In this document: positions 56,502-64,000 of the stretch, in pieces
Layout: every line of letters begins with the position of its first letter
How positions within the stretch are numbered: the stretch's first letter is position 1
Source of the DNA: Candidatus Poribacteria bacterium
GTDB taxonomy: Bacteria; Poribacteria; WGA-4E; WGA-3G
DNA length: 64,000 nucleotides
NCBI GenBank assembly: GCA_021295715.1
Contig: JAGWBV010000001.1
Span: 22,632-86,631 of the forward strand
Direction: 5' to 3'
Program-made: the position numbers and the translations under genes
The notes under the pieces: generated by a model
Told to the model about the DNA's origin: nothing
The model's database searches: none
The model's input: only the letters and a program-made list of their open reading frames with translations

Positions 56502-56873
56502 ATATAGTTATGGAATTACCGAATTATTTTTTTTAACTTCATCTAGCCGCACCGAGCATCGGTAAAAATTACCCGATTAAATTCTTAATCTTTATTAGCG
56601 GACTATGTGTGTAAAAAGGGACTTAGGTTAATTCTATAGTTTGGAATTGATTAATATCGCTTTTTCAGTGTGCCCCATGTCGTCGTCAACTTACCTTGTT
56701 TTTCTGCACAGATTACTTTGCAGTGAAAAACCTTTTGGATTTCATTCTTTTACAACCCACGTTTTTCGACACATCTCATCCTGATCGTTGTGTGAACTTT
56801 CTATTATCCTGAAAATCCTTGACTCCTGTAAATCCTGATTCAGACAATTAACCCCGGATGATGCTTAAACAAC

Positions 56874-57413
56874 TCATTCAAAATACTCATCTTCGTTAAA
56901 CTTCGTCCACGATTCAAAGATAGGAAAGGGTCGAGGAAAATCGTCATTGTCAATATTCAACTTGAACCGTATCTTTTCGCTATCGAAGAGATTCTGAATC
57001 GAAATGGAGATCCCTGAAGTCCCGATACAGTTGTCGCACTGCGTCGGGAGGATTTGGACCGAACGCGGGGTGTCGAAATAAATTCTGTATTCTGAACCCG
57101 ATTTTTCGACGCTGTAATCGTCTGCCAAAATCTCCCACTCGCTCAAGGCGGTATTGCCTTCGGCATATTGTGCCCAGAGACCGACACCGCTAAAGAAATC
57201 GAGAATGACCGCTTTCCTCTTATTCGCGTCTCTGGAAGGGTCAAATTGCCGAAATGAACGTCCCTTTAGTTCTGCTTTTACCACTTGTGCCTCATCGCTA
57301 TCCACTGGTAGCAATGGGTTCGCGCAAGAAAAAAGAATTAGGCAGATGAACGCGAGCATAGAAGACACGAAGCATATTTTTTTGTTTGTTTTCGAGAGAT
57401 GACATGGACGCAT
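56874..57413 (-). CDS. Hypothetical lipoprotein
   Basis: Lipobox LILFSC after a basic N-terminus; no recognised domain. Confidence 0.5.
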   Translation of the reverse strand: MRPCHLSKTNKKICFVSSMLAFICLILFSCANPLLPVDSDEAQVVKAELKGRSFRQFDPSRDANKRKAVILDFFSGVGLWAQYAEGNTALSEWEILADDYSVEKSGSEYRIYFDTPRSVQILPTQCDNCIGTSGISISIQNLFDSEKIRFKLNIDNDDFPRPFPIFESWTKFNEDEYFE

Positions 57414-57573
57414 GTGTATTTCCTCCAGTGTATTTCTTATTGTGCAAATTTAGCGTTAAACGAACCAGATTTTCAAAAGAAATAATGGGACACCTGAAAA
57501 AATTGAATTGTGCTTGATTCATAACCCCTCCTCTGCTAAAATGGGCGGTGAATTCACAACTGGAGAGGATGTT

Positions 57574-58602
57574 ATGCAAGAAATTGTGGTAGATTCAGCG
57601 AAATTACACGATTTCGCTCGGACGCTTTGTGAAAAGGCTGGGTTGCGTTCGGAAGACGCGGAGACAATCGCGAAACATCAGGTGCTAACGGATTTGAGGG
57701 GTGTGCATTCACACGGCACACGCGCTTTACCGGGGTATCTCAACCTCATTCTTGATGGAAAAATGAACCCACAACCTGAACTCAACCTCGCGACAGAAGG
57801 ACCGAGCTTTGCCGTTGTTGACGGAGATAACGGGATGGGGCATCTGGCAAGCACATTCGCAATGGAGACGGCGATAGAGAAGGCAAAGACAACGGGTATC
57901 GCTGCCGCAGGGGTTCGCAACGCCGGTCATTTCGGTGCGGCGGCATGCTACGCAATTATGGCGGCATCGCAACAGATGATCGGGTTTTCAACGACGAACA
58001 CAGGGGGTGCCTCTATTGTTGCGCCCGGTGGTGCGGAAGCCGTGGTCGCTAACAATGCGATGAGTTACGCCTTACCTACCGGCGACGGACATCCGGTTGT
58101 CTTGGATATGGCGTGCGGTGTTTCCGCATGGGGGAAGATCGGCACACTCCGAATGTATGGCAAACCGATTCCCGAAGGTTGGCTGATAGATGAGACAGGT
58201 CAGCCTACCAATGATCCAGAGAAGGGACGTTTCCTCGCACCTGCGGCGGGACCGCGAGGTTACGGATTGGCATTCATCATGGGCATCTTAGCGGGTCCTT
58301 TGAGCGGTGGTTTGATGGCGTGTAATAAAGCAGGCGACCCGTCTGAACACTTCTTTTTCGCGATGGATGTGGCGAGTTTCACAGACTACGAGGGTTACGT
58401 TGCGGAAATCCAGCGAGGTATCGACAAGATTCACGCCTCGAAAACAGCAGAAGGCGTGGAACAGGCATATCTTCCCGGCGAAATTGAGTGGAATAATTAC
58501 GATAATTACCTTGAGAACGGCATCCCAATCCACGTAGACCATCTACGCGGCCTCGCTGGCATTGCTGAGAAGTTGGATATTCCTATTTATTGGGAGTGGT
58601 AG
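57574..58602 (+). CDS. Ldh_2 family (malate/L-lactate/ureidoglycolate-type) dehydrogenase
   Basis: GVHSHGTRALPGY motif; start moved to ATG 57574 (ggagagg SD). Confidence 0.8.
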   Translation: MQEIVVDSAKLHDFARTLCEKAGLRSEDAETIAKHQVLTDLRGVHSHGTRALPGYLNLILDGKMNPQPELNLATEGPSFAVVDGDNGMGHLASTFAMETAIEKAKTTGIAAAGVRNAGHFGAAACYAIMAASQQMIGFSTTNTGGASIVAPGGAEAVVANNAMSYALPTGDGHPVVLDMACGVSAWGKIGTLRMYGKPIPEGWLIDETGQPTNDPEKGRFLAPAAGPRGYGLAFIMGILAGPLSGGLMACNKAGDPSEHFFFAMDVASFTDYEGYVAEIQRGIDKIHASKTAEGVEQAYLPGEIEWNNYDNYLENGIPIHVDHLRGLAGIAEKLDIPIYWEW

Positions 58603-58668
58603 GAGAAGGACAAAAACGGGTCAATATCTCAATCCACGATTAGAAGTAGAGGAGGGTAGCGGAACAAT

Positions 58669-60183
58669 ATGGAAGAAACCAAAGAAACTGTATCAGGCGG
58701 CACCCTTCCTGATTGGGAGGTCGACGATTTACCTGCACCGCCGCCGTATCAATTTGGGAAAGCGTTTCGGAATATCTTAGGTCCCGGTATCATTGCGTTA
58801 GGCGGTTCAATTGGGAGTGGTGAATGGCTGCTGGGTCCTGCGATTACTGCACAATACGGCGGCACATTGCTCTGGATCGCAACAATTGCCATCCTGCTTC
58901 AGGTAATCCTGAACACAGAAGCGATCCGATATACGCTCTATACCGGCGAGCCGATGATGAGCGGTTACATGCGGTGTAAACCCGGTGCCCCTTTCTGGAT
59001 GTCTTTCTATTCGGGTATAAACTTTTTCGGGATTTGGCCCGGTTGGGCAATGACAGCTGCAACAGCACTCGCTGCGGCATGGCTCGGCTATATGCCACAG
59101 GAGACAACTGAGTTCGTGAAAGGAGATGAGAGTACGGTCCGCATCTTCGCATATCTCATCTTTTTTTCCTGTCTGGGAATTGTGCTGTTCGGCGGGAAGA
59201 TTTATAACTCGCTTGAGAAGGTGTCACTCTTTATGGTGGTTTGGATTATCGGCTACCTTGTCATCGTCGATCTGTTTATGGTGTCACCGAGCACATGGTG
59301 GAAAGTTATCAAAGGTTTCTTGAGTTTCGGCGCATTTCCTACGGGAGGGGAAGAAGAACAGGTCAATTGGTTGTTGGTGGGTGCGTTCGCAGCGTATGCT
59401 GGAAGCGGCGGCTTAGGGAATGTCGGTATCACCCATTACGTCCGCGATAAAGGATGGGGCATGAGCAGTCTTGTGGGTGCGATTCCCTCCATGATCGGTG
59501 GACAGCACGTGACGCTCTCACACTGGGGCAAAGTGTTTCGCATCACACCAGAGAACCTCAAACGGTTCAAGGAGTGGTGGAAATATGTCCGATTTGAACA
59601 GTATTATATTTGGATGATCGGGTGTTTCTTCGGGATTGCGTTGCCCGCAATGCTGACCTTGCAGTATGTACCTGTAGGACAGGAGATGGGAGAGTGGTCG
59701 GCTGCTGCAATGCAAGCGCAGGGACTTGAGGCGAAGGGCGGTAGAATTATGTGGTATCTCACACTGCTCTGCGGGTTCTGGGTGCTGTTTTCGACGCAGC
59801 TCGGTGGCGTAGACGGTGTGCCGCGCGGCTTTACCGATATTATTTGGACCGGCGTGAGGCGTGCGCGAAACATGGGTGAGAACAGCGCAAAATGGATTTA
59901 CTATCCCATACTCGGCGTTTATATCATCTGGGGCATCATCGCGATGTATCTCGCAAAACCGTTCTTCATGATTCTCGTATCGGCAACCGTTGGCGGGTAT
60001 CTGCTCGTATTTTCGGCGTTACATACGCTCTACGTGAACCGGAAATTTTTACCGCCAGAGATACAAGCCCCCTTGTGGAAACAGATTGGACTCGTATTGT
60101 GCGCAGGTTATTATTCGATCTTCGGAACGATTACCGTCTATCAAAAAGTGCTTGTGCCTTATGTTTTCCCGATTTTTGGGTAG
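58669..60183 (+). CDS. Nramp/APC-fold polytopic membrane transporter
   Basis: About 11-12 hydrophobic helices; N-terminal GPGIIALGGSIGSGEWLLGP resembles Nramp-related transporters. Confidence 0.6.
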   Translation: MEETKETVSGGTLPDWEVDDLPAPPPYQFGKAFRNILGPGIIALGGSIGSGEWLLGPAITAQYGGTLLWIATIAILLQVILNTEAIRYTLYTGEPMMSGYMRCKPGAPFWMSFYSGINFFGIWPGWAMTAATALAAAWLGYMPQETTEFVKGDESTVRIFAYLIFFSCLGIVLFGGKIYNSLEKVSLFMVVWIIGYLVIVDLFMVSPSTWWKVIKGFLSFGAFPTGGEEEQVNWLLVGAFAAYAGSGGLGNVGITHYVRDKGWGMSSLVGAIPSMIGGQHVTLSHWGKVFRITPENLKRFKEWWKYVRFEQYYIWMIGCFFGIALPAMLTLQYVPVGQEMGEWSAAAMQAQGLEAKGGRIMWYLTLLCGFWVLFSTQLGGVDGVPRGFTDIIWTGVRRARNMGENSAKWIYYPILGVYIIWGIIAMYLAKPFFMILVSATVGGYLLVFSALHTLYVNRKFLPPEIQAPLWKQIGLVLCAGYYSIFGTITVYQKVLVPYVFPIFG

Positions 60184-60198
60184 AACGTTCACGGATGG

Positions 60199-60227
60199 GT
60201 AGGGGTAGTCACAAGACCTACCCCTAC
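60199..60227. terminator. 10-bp perfect hairpin between convergent genes
   Basis: gtaggggtag-tcacaagac-ctacccctac; 16 nt after the transporter stop; no clear U tract. Confidence 0.45.
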
Positions 60228-60247
60228 AAATAATCCTGACCGTAACG

Positions 60248-60988
60248 CTAATAGCGTGACTTCAAGATGCCCCACGTTGTTGCCACTTTACCTTCAGGTT
60301 CAACACCCCAAGGTGTCACATTGTCTTGGAAATACTCGTATTCAACCTCTAAGGAACCGACACCTGAGGCAACACCGGCATAAATTCCGAGCCACAGCGG
60401 TGGTGTCAGCTTAAAGTCACCTTCCCCGAAATCTGTCCAGTCGTCATTTGCGTCCATTTTATACCACCCGGTGTAATGATCGTTCTCTTTCTTGAGCCTG
60501 AGGAACAACTCAGTGTCCCCAAAATCCGGACGCCACGGCGGATCAGGTGGCCCCAAACCTGCCTCTTTGGTTTGGAACTGGAGTTGCCCTTTAGCCCCCG
60601 CATCGCGCGACCAAAATTTGATGGTGACCCAGTTATCGTCCTTTGGGCTTTTGACGAGGAGTCCATTCACACCCGAATCGGTATCCCATTTGGAAAAGAA
60701 ATGGGTTTCGACATCAAACATATCGGCATCCGTTTCCTGATAGAGGAAGTGGGATTCATCCGTTGCCCAGATGTTTCGATTGACTTCACTGTCAATATAC
60801 AGGTAATCCTCGCGGGTTTCACCGACATCCCAATCCGGGGGTTCGTTTTGCCACTTCCAATTTGGATTTTGCAGTTTCCCCTTCTCGAATGGATCCCCGA
60901 AGGATTCGTCTGCGGCGTTTGCTATGCAGACAACGCTGAACATGAGTAAGCAAACGAGCGCAGTATAACAGAAATTTTGGTTTTTCAT
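60248..60988 (-). CDS. Secreted jelly-roll-like protein with conserved C-terminal tail
   Basis: Start moved to MKNQNF (60988, ggag SD); signal peptide ...VVCIANA; tail KVATTWGILKSRY matches the two LamG proteins. Confidence 0.55.
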   Translation of the reverse strand: MKNQNFCYTALVCLLMFSVVCIANAADESFGDPFEKGKLQNPNWKWQNEPPDWDVGETREDYLYIDSEVNRNIWATDESHFLYQETDADMFDVETHFFSKWDTDSGVNGLLVKSPKDDNWVTIKFWSRDAGAKGQLQFQTKEAGLGPPDPPWRPDFGDTELFLRLKKENDHYTGWYKMDANDDWTDFGEGDFKLTPPLWLGIYAGVASGVGSLEVEYEYFQDNVTPWGVEPEGKVATTWGILKSRY

Positions 60989-61040
60989 ACTGTAATCTCC
61001 TTTTGTTTTGTCCGCCCTGAAATTGGGATAGACTTTGTTC

Positions 61041-61061
61041 GTAGTAGGACAATTCATTGTC
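61041..61061 (+). repeat. GTAGTAGGACRATTCAT box
   Basis: Second copy; overlaps the spurious N-terminal extension of track ORF 60248-61057. Confidence 0.55.
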
Positions 61062-61109
61062 TGTTTAGGGCACTATTCCTACAGGTCAGATTTATGAGCC
61101 TTGTTTAAA

Positions 61110-62666
61110 TCATGCCTCAACAATTGCTTCCACAAGGCTTTCGACGGATGCCTCCTTTGCCATCACATCAACCCGTACATCACGCGCCAGTGCCGTTTCC
61201 TGCGTTGTGGGACCGATCACGGCGACTTTGACATTCGCGAGTAACGCTGTAGGTGCGTGCGCGGGAAACATTTCCAAGAAATTCGTAACCGTTGAGGAAC
61301 TGGTGAATGTGACGAGATCAATTCTGCCGTTCAAAAGATCGGTTTCAATTTCATCACTATTTTCGCTTGCCACTTTGACGGTATCGTAGAGAGGCATGTC
61401 ATCGACCTGTGCACCCTGCTCGCGCAAACCATTGGGCAGATCGGCAGTGGCAATTTTGGCGCGAGGAAGTAGAATTTTCTTTCCGCTTACATCTCCTATT
61501 TCAGTAGCAATCGCACTTCCACGGGCGTGAGAAGGAACAAAGTTGGGGTGGATACCGATACGATTTAGAGTTTCCACCGTTTTCGCACCAACTGCACAGA
61601 CGTTGCTCTCACCGAATGCGCGTGCGTCCTTTCCGTTTTCTCGGAGACGTTCATAGAAAATTTCAACGGCGTTGACGCTCGTGAAGATAACCCAATCGTA
61701 TCCGTTAGGAGAGGGTATGTTCACACCGTCAATAGGTTGAATCTGTATCGTAGGGAATTGGATGACCTCTGCGCCGTTTGCCTCCAACAGTTCTGCGAAT
61801 TCGCTTGCTTGTGCCCGGGCGCGCGTAACGAGTATCCGCTTCGCGAAGAGCGGTTTGGTATCAAACCAGCGAAGTTGCTCGCGTAGCCGGTTCACTTCTC
61901 CCACAACGATAACCGCTGGACTTATGAGTTCGGCTTCCTCCACCTTTTCCACAATATCGGTAAGCGTGCCTTGGACGACGTGCTGTTGCGGTGTCGTTCC
62001 GACACGAACTAAACTGACAGGCGTTTGTGGATCTCTACCGTGTGCTGTCAGCCGTTCCACAATCTGGCGAAGGTGCGCAACTCCCATGTAGACAACGAGC
62101 GTATCAACGGCTGTGGCGAGATGTGCCCAATTGATGTTTGAATCTGGACGCAGTGCCGCAGAATGCCCCGTGACAAAAGCGACGGATGAGGCATAGTCGC
62201 GATGTGTGACCGGAATACCTGCATAAGCGGATGCGGCAATCGCGGATGTGATACCTGGAACGACCTCGAATGGGATACCGGCTTCTGTGAGAGCAACCGC
62301 CTCTTCACCACCGCGTCCAAAGATATATGGATCGCCGCCTTTCAGACGCACGACGATTTTACCGGCTTTGGCGTGTTCAACCAGCAGATGATTAAGTTCA
62401 TTTTGACGTGTCGTTCGGATTCTTGGATCGGGGGCTTTGATTTTTTCGGTGTGCGCCGGGCAGTGTTCCAACAGGTCATCGTTGAGCAACAGATCATAGA
62501 TGACAACATCAGCGCGCTGAAGGCACTCTACACCTTTGAGCGTGATGAGTTTTCTATCGCCGGGACCGGCACCGACAATGTAAACAATACCTGTGTGCGA
62601 TCTTTGATTTTTAATTTTTCCTTGCGGTTCGATGAGGCGGGTCTGAATCTTCGCGCGCCTTTCCAT
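61110..62666 (-). CDS. cobA/hemD: Uroporphyrinogen-III C-methyltransferase fused to uroporphyrinogen-III synthase
   Basis: SUMT motifs VGAGPGD, DVVIYD, GGDPYIFGRGGEE plus a C-terminal HemD-like half; start moved to ATG 62666 (GGAGGG SD) because upstream codons fall in a dispersed repeat. Confidence 0.85.
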   Translation of the reverse strand: MERRAKIQTRLIEPQGKIKNQRSHTGIVYIVGAGPGDRKLITLKGVECLQRADVVIYDLLLNDDLLEHCPAHTEKIKAPDPRIRTTRQNELNHLLVEHAKAGKIVVRLKGGDPYIFGRGGEEAVALTEAGIPFEVVPGITSAIAASAYAGIPVTHRDYASSVAFVTGHSAALRPDSNINWAHLATAVDTLVVYMGVAHLRQIVERLTAHGRDPQTPVSLVRVGTTPQQHVVQGTLTDIVEKVEEAELISPAVIVVGEVNRLREQLRWFDTKPLFAKRILVTRARAQASEFAELLEANGAEVIQFPTIQIQPIDGVNIPSPNGYDWVIFTSVNAVEIFYERLRENGKDARAFGESNVCAVGAKTVETLNRIGIHPNFVPSHARGSAIATEIGDVSGKKILLPRAKIATADLPNGLREQGAQVDDMPLYDTVKVASENSDEIETDLLNGRIDLVTFTSSSTVTNFLEMFPAHAPTALLANVKVAVIGPTTQETALARDVRVDVMAKEASVESLVEAIVEA

Positions 62667-62668
62667 AG

Positions 62669-62695
62669 ATCCGCCCTCCATTTCATTACGGGCTA
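62669..62695 (-). repeat. TAGCCCGTAATGWAATGGAGGGCGGAT module supplying the SD of cobA/hemD
   Basis: The minus strand reads tagcccgtaatgaaatggagggcggat-ct-ATG. Confidence 0.75.
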
Positions 62696-62749
62696 AGTTT
62701 TCGATTATACCTTTTAGAGTATGCTTTCTCAACAGGAAACCGTACTATA

Positions 62750-62927
62750 TCAATCCAAGTTGCTACCTAATAGGTCATGGACATTTCAATGCGGATTTTT
62801 CAAGGAAAACATCTCTTTACACCCCGTAGGGGTGGTATTGCTTCGCAGTGAGAATAGAAAATCGGGTCTTCAAGGGGCTGCACCCCGTACGGGTGCTATG
62901 TAAATGGAAACTGGCAACTTAGGTTAT
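62750..62927 (+). mobile_element. Composite TIR element with variant twin hairpins (copy E3) between hemC and cobA/hemD
   Basis: Left box tcaatccaagttgctacc; hairpins accccgtaggggt and cacccgtacgggtg ...aaatggaaac; right box tggcaacttaggttat contains the hemC stop codon. Confidence 0.6.
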
Positions 62928-63829
62928 ATCAGTTCAGTTGCCCCACTATTCCGAAGTTTTTCAGCAACAACTCCACCTAAGTGCCGTGCTGTATCTGGTG
63001 TTCCGATGCTGCTTTCCACAATGCGGCGCGTGCCGTCTGGGTGACAAACCGCACCGATGAGCGAGAGTTCACCGTTGACATGTTTCGCATGCGCGCCAAT
63101 CGGCACATGGCATCCACCGCCGAGGTTTTCCAAGACAGTTCTTTCCGCTGTGATTTCTGCCGTTGCTGACGTATCGTTCAGTGGCAGAAGCAGTTGTTCA
63201 ACCCTATCGTTACCTTCCCGCACTTCTATTCCAAGCGCGCCTTGTCCGACCGCCGGGACCATCTGTTCCGGGTCAAAGAATTGTGTGATAATTTCTGGCT
63301 CGAGAAGACGTTTGATGCCTGCCGCGGCGAGGATGATCCCGTCAAGGTCGGTTTCGTGAAGTTTGCGCAACCGCGTATCAATGTTGCCTCGAACATCAAC
63401 GACTCGCAGATCTGGACGGATATAGAGGAGTTGTGCTTTTCGGCGTGGACTTGTCGTGCCGATCTTTGCACCTTCCGGCAAACCGCCTAAAGGCACGCCT
63501 GTGTCTGTGATAAGCACATCGCGTGGGTCTTCTCGTGTCGGGATGGCGGCAATGCAAAGCCCTTCTGGCAATTCTGTCGGGAGATCTTTCAAGCTGTGGA
63601 CAGCAAGGTCGATGTCGCCAGCCAAAAGAGCGTTTTCTATCTCTTTGGTAAAAATACCCTTACCCAGTCCAACTAACGAGCGGTTTTGAATCGCATCACC
63701 GGTGGTTTTAATGGTTTTGAGGGAGACTTCCAAGGTGGGGAAATGGCGTTCCAGTTGATTCTTGATGAATTGTGCCTGCCAAAGTGCGAGTTGGCTGCCG
63801 CGTGTGCCAATTACGAGCGAGTTGTGCAT
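62924..63829 (-). CDS. hemC: Hydroxymethylbilane synthase (porphobilinogen deaminase)
   Basis: IGTRGSQLALWQA, cofactor-Cys loop GGCHVPIG. Confidence 0.9.
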   Translation of the reverse strand: MHNSLVIGTRGSQLALWQAQFIKNQLERHFPTLEVSLKTIKTTGDAIQNRSLVGLGKGIFTKEIENALLAGDIDLAVHSLKDLPTELPEGLCIAAIPTREDPRDVLITDTGVPLGGLPEGAKIGTTSPRRKAQLLYIRPDLRVVDVRGNIDTRLRKLHETDLDGIILAAAGIKRLLEPEIITQFFDPEQMVPAVGQGALGIEVREGNDRVEQLLLPLNDTSATAEITAERTVLENLGGGCHVPIGAHAKHVNGELSLIGAVCHPDGTRRIVESSIGTPDTARHLGGVVAEKLRNSGATELI

Positions 63830-63834
63830 TTTTT

Positions 63835-64000
63835 TTATTCATCGTTAACATCCAAAGCGAACAATTCCTGTAACGCTTGGACATACTGCCCGTGATCGGC
63901 ATCGCCGTCGTTAACAGCGCAGCGTAGGTTCTGCATCGGATGATGGAGCAGTTTTTTAACGATTGCCTGCGTCATAGAGGCGATGGCTTCCTCTTGCGGA
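63835..64000 (-). CDS. hemA: Glutamyl-tRNA reductase, 3' end only (gene runs off the window)
   Basis: My translation of the minus strand reads ...EAIASMTQAIVKKLLHHPMQNLR...ELFALDVNDE*; IV.KLLH.P is typical of the HemA C-terminal domain; stop lies 5 nt before the hemC ATG. Confidence 0.65.
   Translation of the reverse strand, partial: PQEEAIASMTQAIVKKLLHHPMQNLRCAVNDGDADHGQYVQALQELFALDVNDE

Noticed and set aside
62667-62732. N-terminal extensions given by the six-frame track (cobA/hemD 62732, 61057, 49667, 39910, 8875, 7691, 57508, 27820)
   Set aside because: In each case an internal ATG has a good SD. The extension either overlaps the neighbouring gene, a promoter -10 box or a dispersed repeat, or is absent from the paralog.
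1-64000. tRNA, rRNA, tmRNA, RNase P or SRP RNA genes; prophage, integrase or transposase genes
   Set aside because: Scanning by eye found none of the conserved signatures (T-loop GGTTCGAATCC-type, RNase P GGAAAGTCCGGGC, SRP GGAAGCAGCC). No ORF has recombinase or transposase motifs. A proper tRNAscan/Infernal run is still advisable.

Overview
64-kb gene-dense chromosomal segment from an unidentified, probably uncultivated bacterium, roughly 50% G+C by eye. I call 58 protein-coding genes and found no rRNA, tRNA, CRISPR array, integrase or prophage. Housekeeping genes: rsgA at the left edge, a hemA-hemC-cobA/hemD operon at the right edge, a ThiO-like oxidase, 5-formyl-THF cyclo-ligase, ComEA and an ECF sigma factor. 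Between them lies a large accessory set of small-molecule-modifying enzymes: 5 GNATs (one decayed), 5 class I SAM methyltransferases, an APH-type kinase, AAC(3), a sulfotransferase, a NUDIX hydrolase, 2 PhyH dioxygenases, 2 Gfo/Idh/MocA oxidoreductases, and an enolase-superfamily dehydratase plus a DHDPS-family lyase. Secreted or envelope proteins include 3 LamG/jelly-roll proteins that share a conserved C-terminal tail, a double trypsin-like-protease/TPR lipoprotein, a Zn metalloprotease, a CBM9/DUF5916-like protein, a CRTAC1/FG-GAP protein and a TPR protein. Other items: a heterodimeric ABC exporter pair, an AT-rich type II R-M cassette wedged between two adenosine-deaminase paralogs, an orphan EutN/CcmL microcompartment vertex gene, and a DUF433 gene coupled to a multi-zinc-ribbon protein. 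The strongest unexplained signal is non-coding. Nearly every long intergenic region is assembled from a shared set of short repeat modules. These include a GTGTTTTTGCTTGGGTGTTTC box; a hairpin with a conserved TTCCTA loop and compensatory stem changes; MITE-like elements with terminal inverted repeats; composite elements carrying twin CRISPR-repeat-like hairpins that abut stop codons and sit inside the hem operon; and a module that supplies the SD and ATGACA start of unrelated genes. The gene content resembles marine or sponge-associated lineages (Poribacteria/PVC-like), but that is a guess. All coordinates were counted by hand and may be off by 1-3 nt. Family calls rest on motifs I recognise, not on searches.
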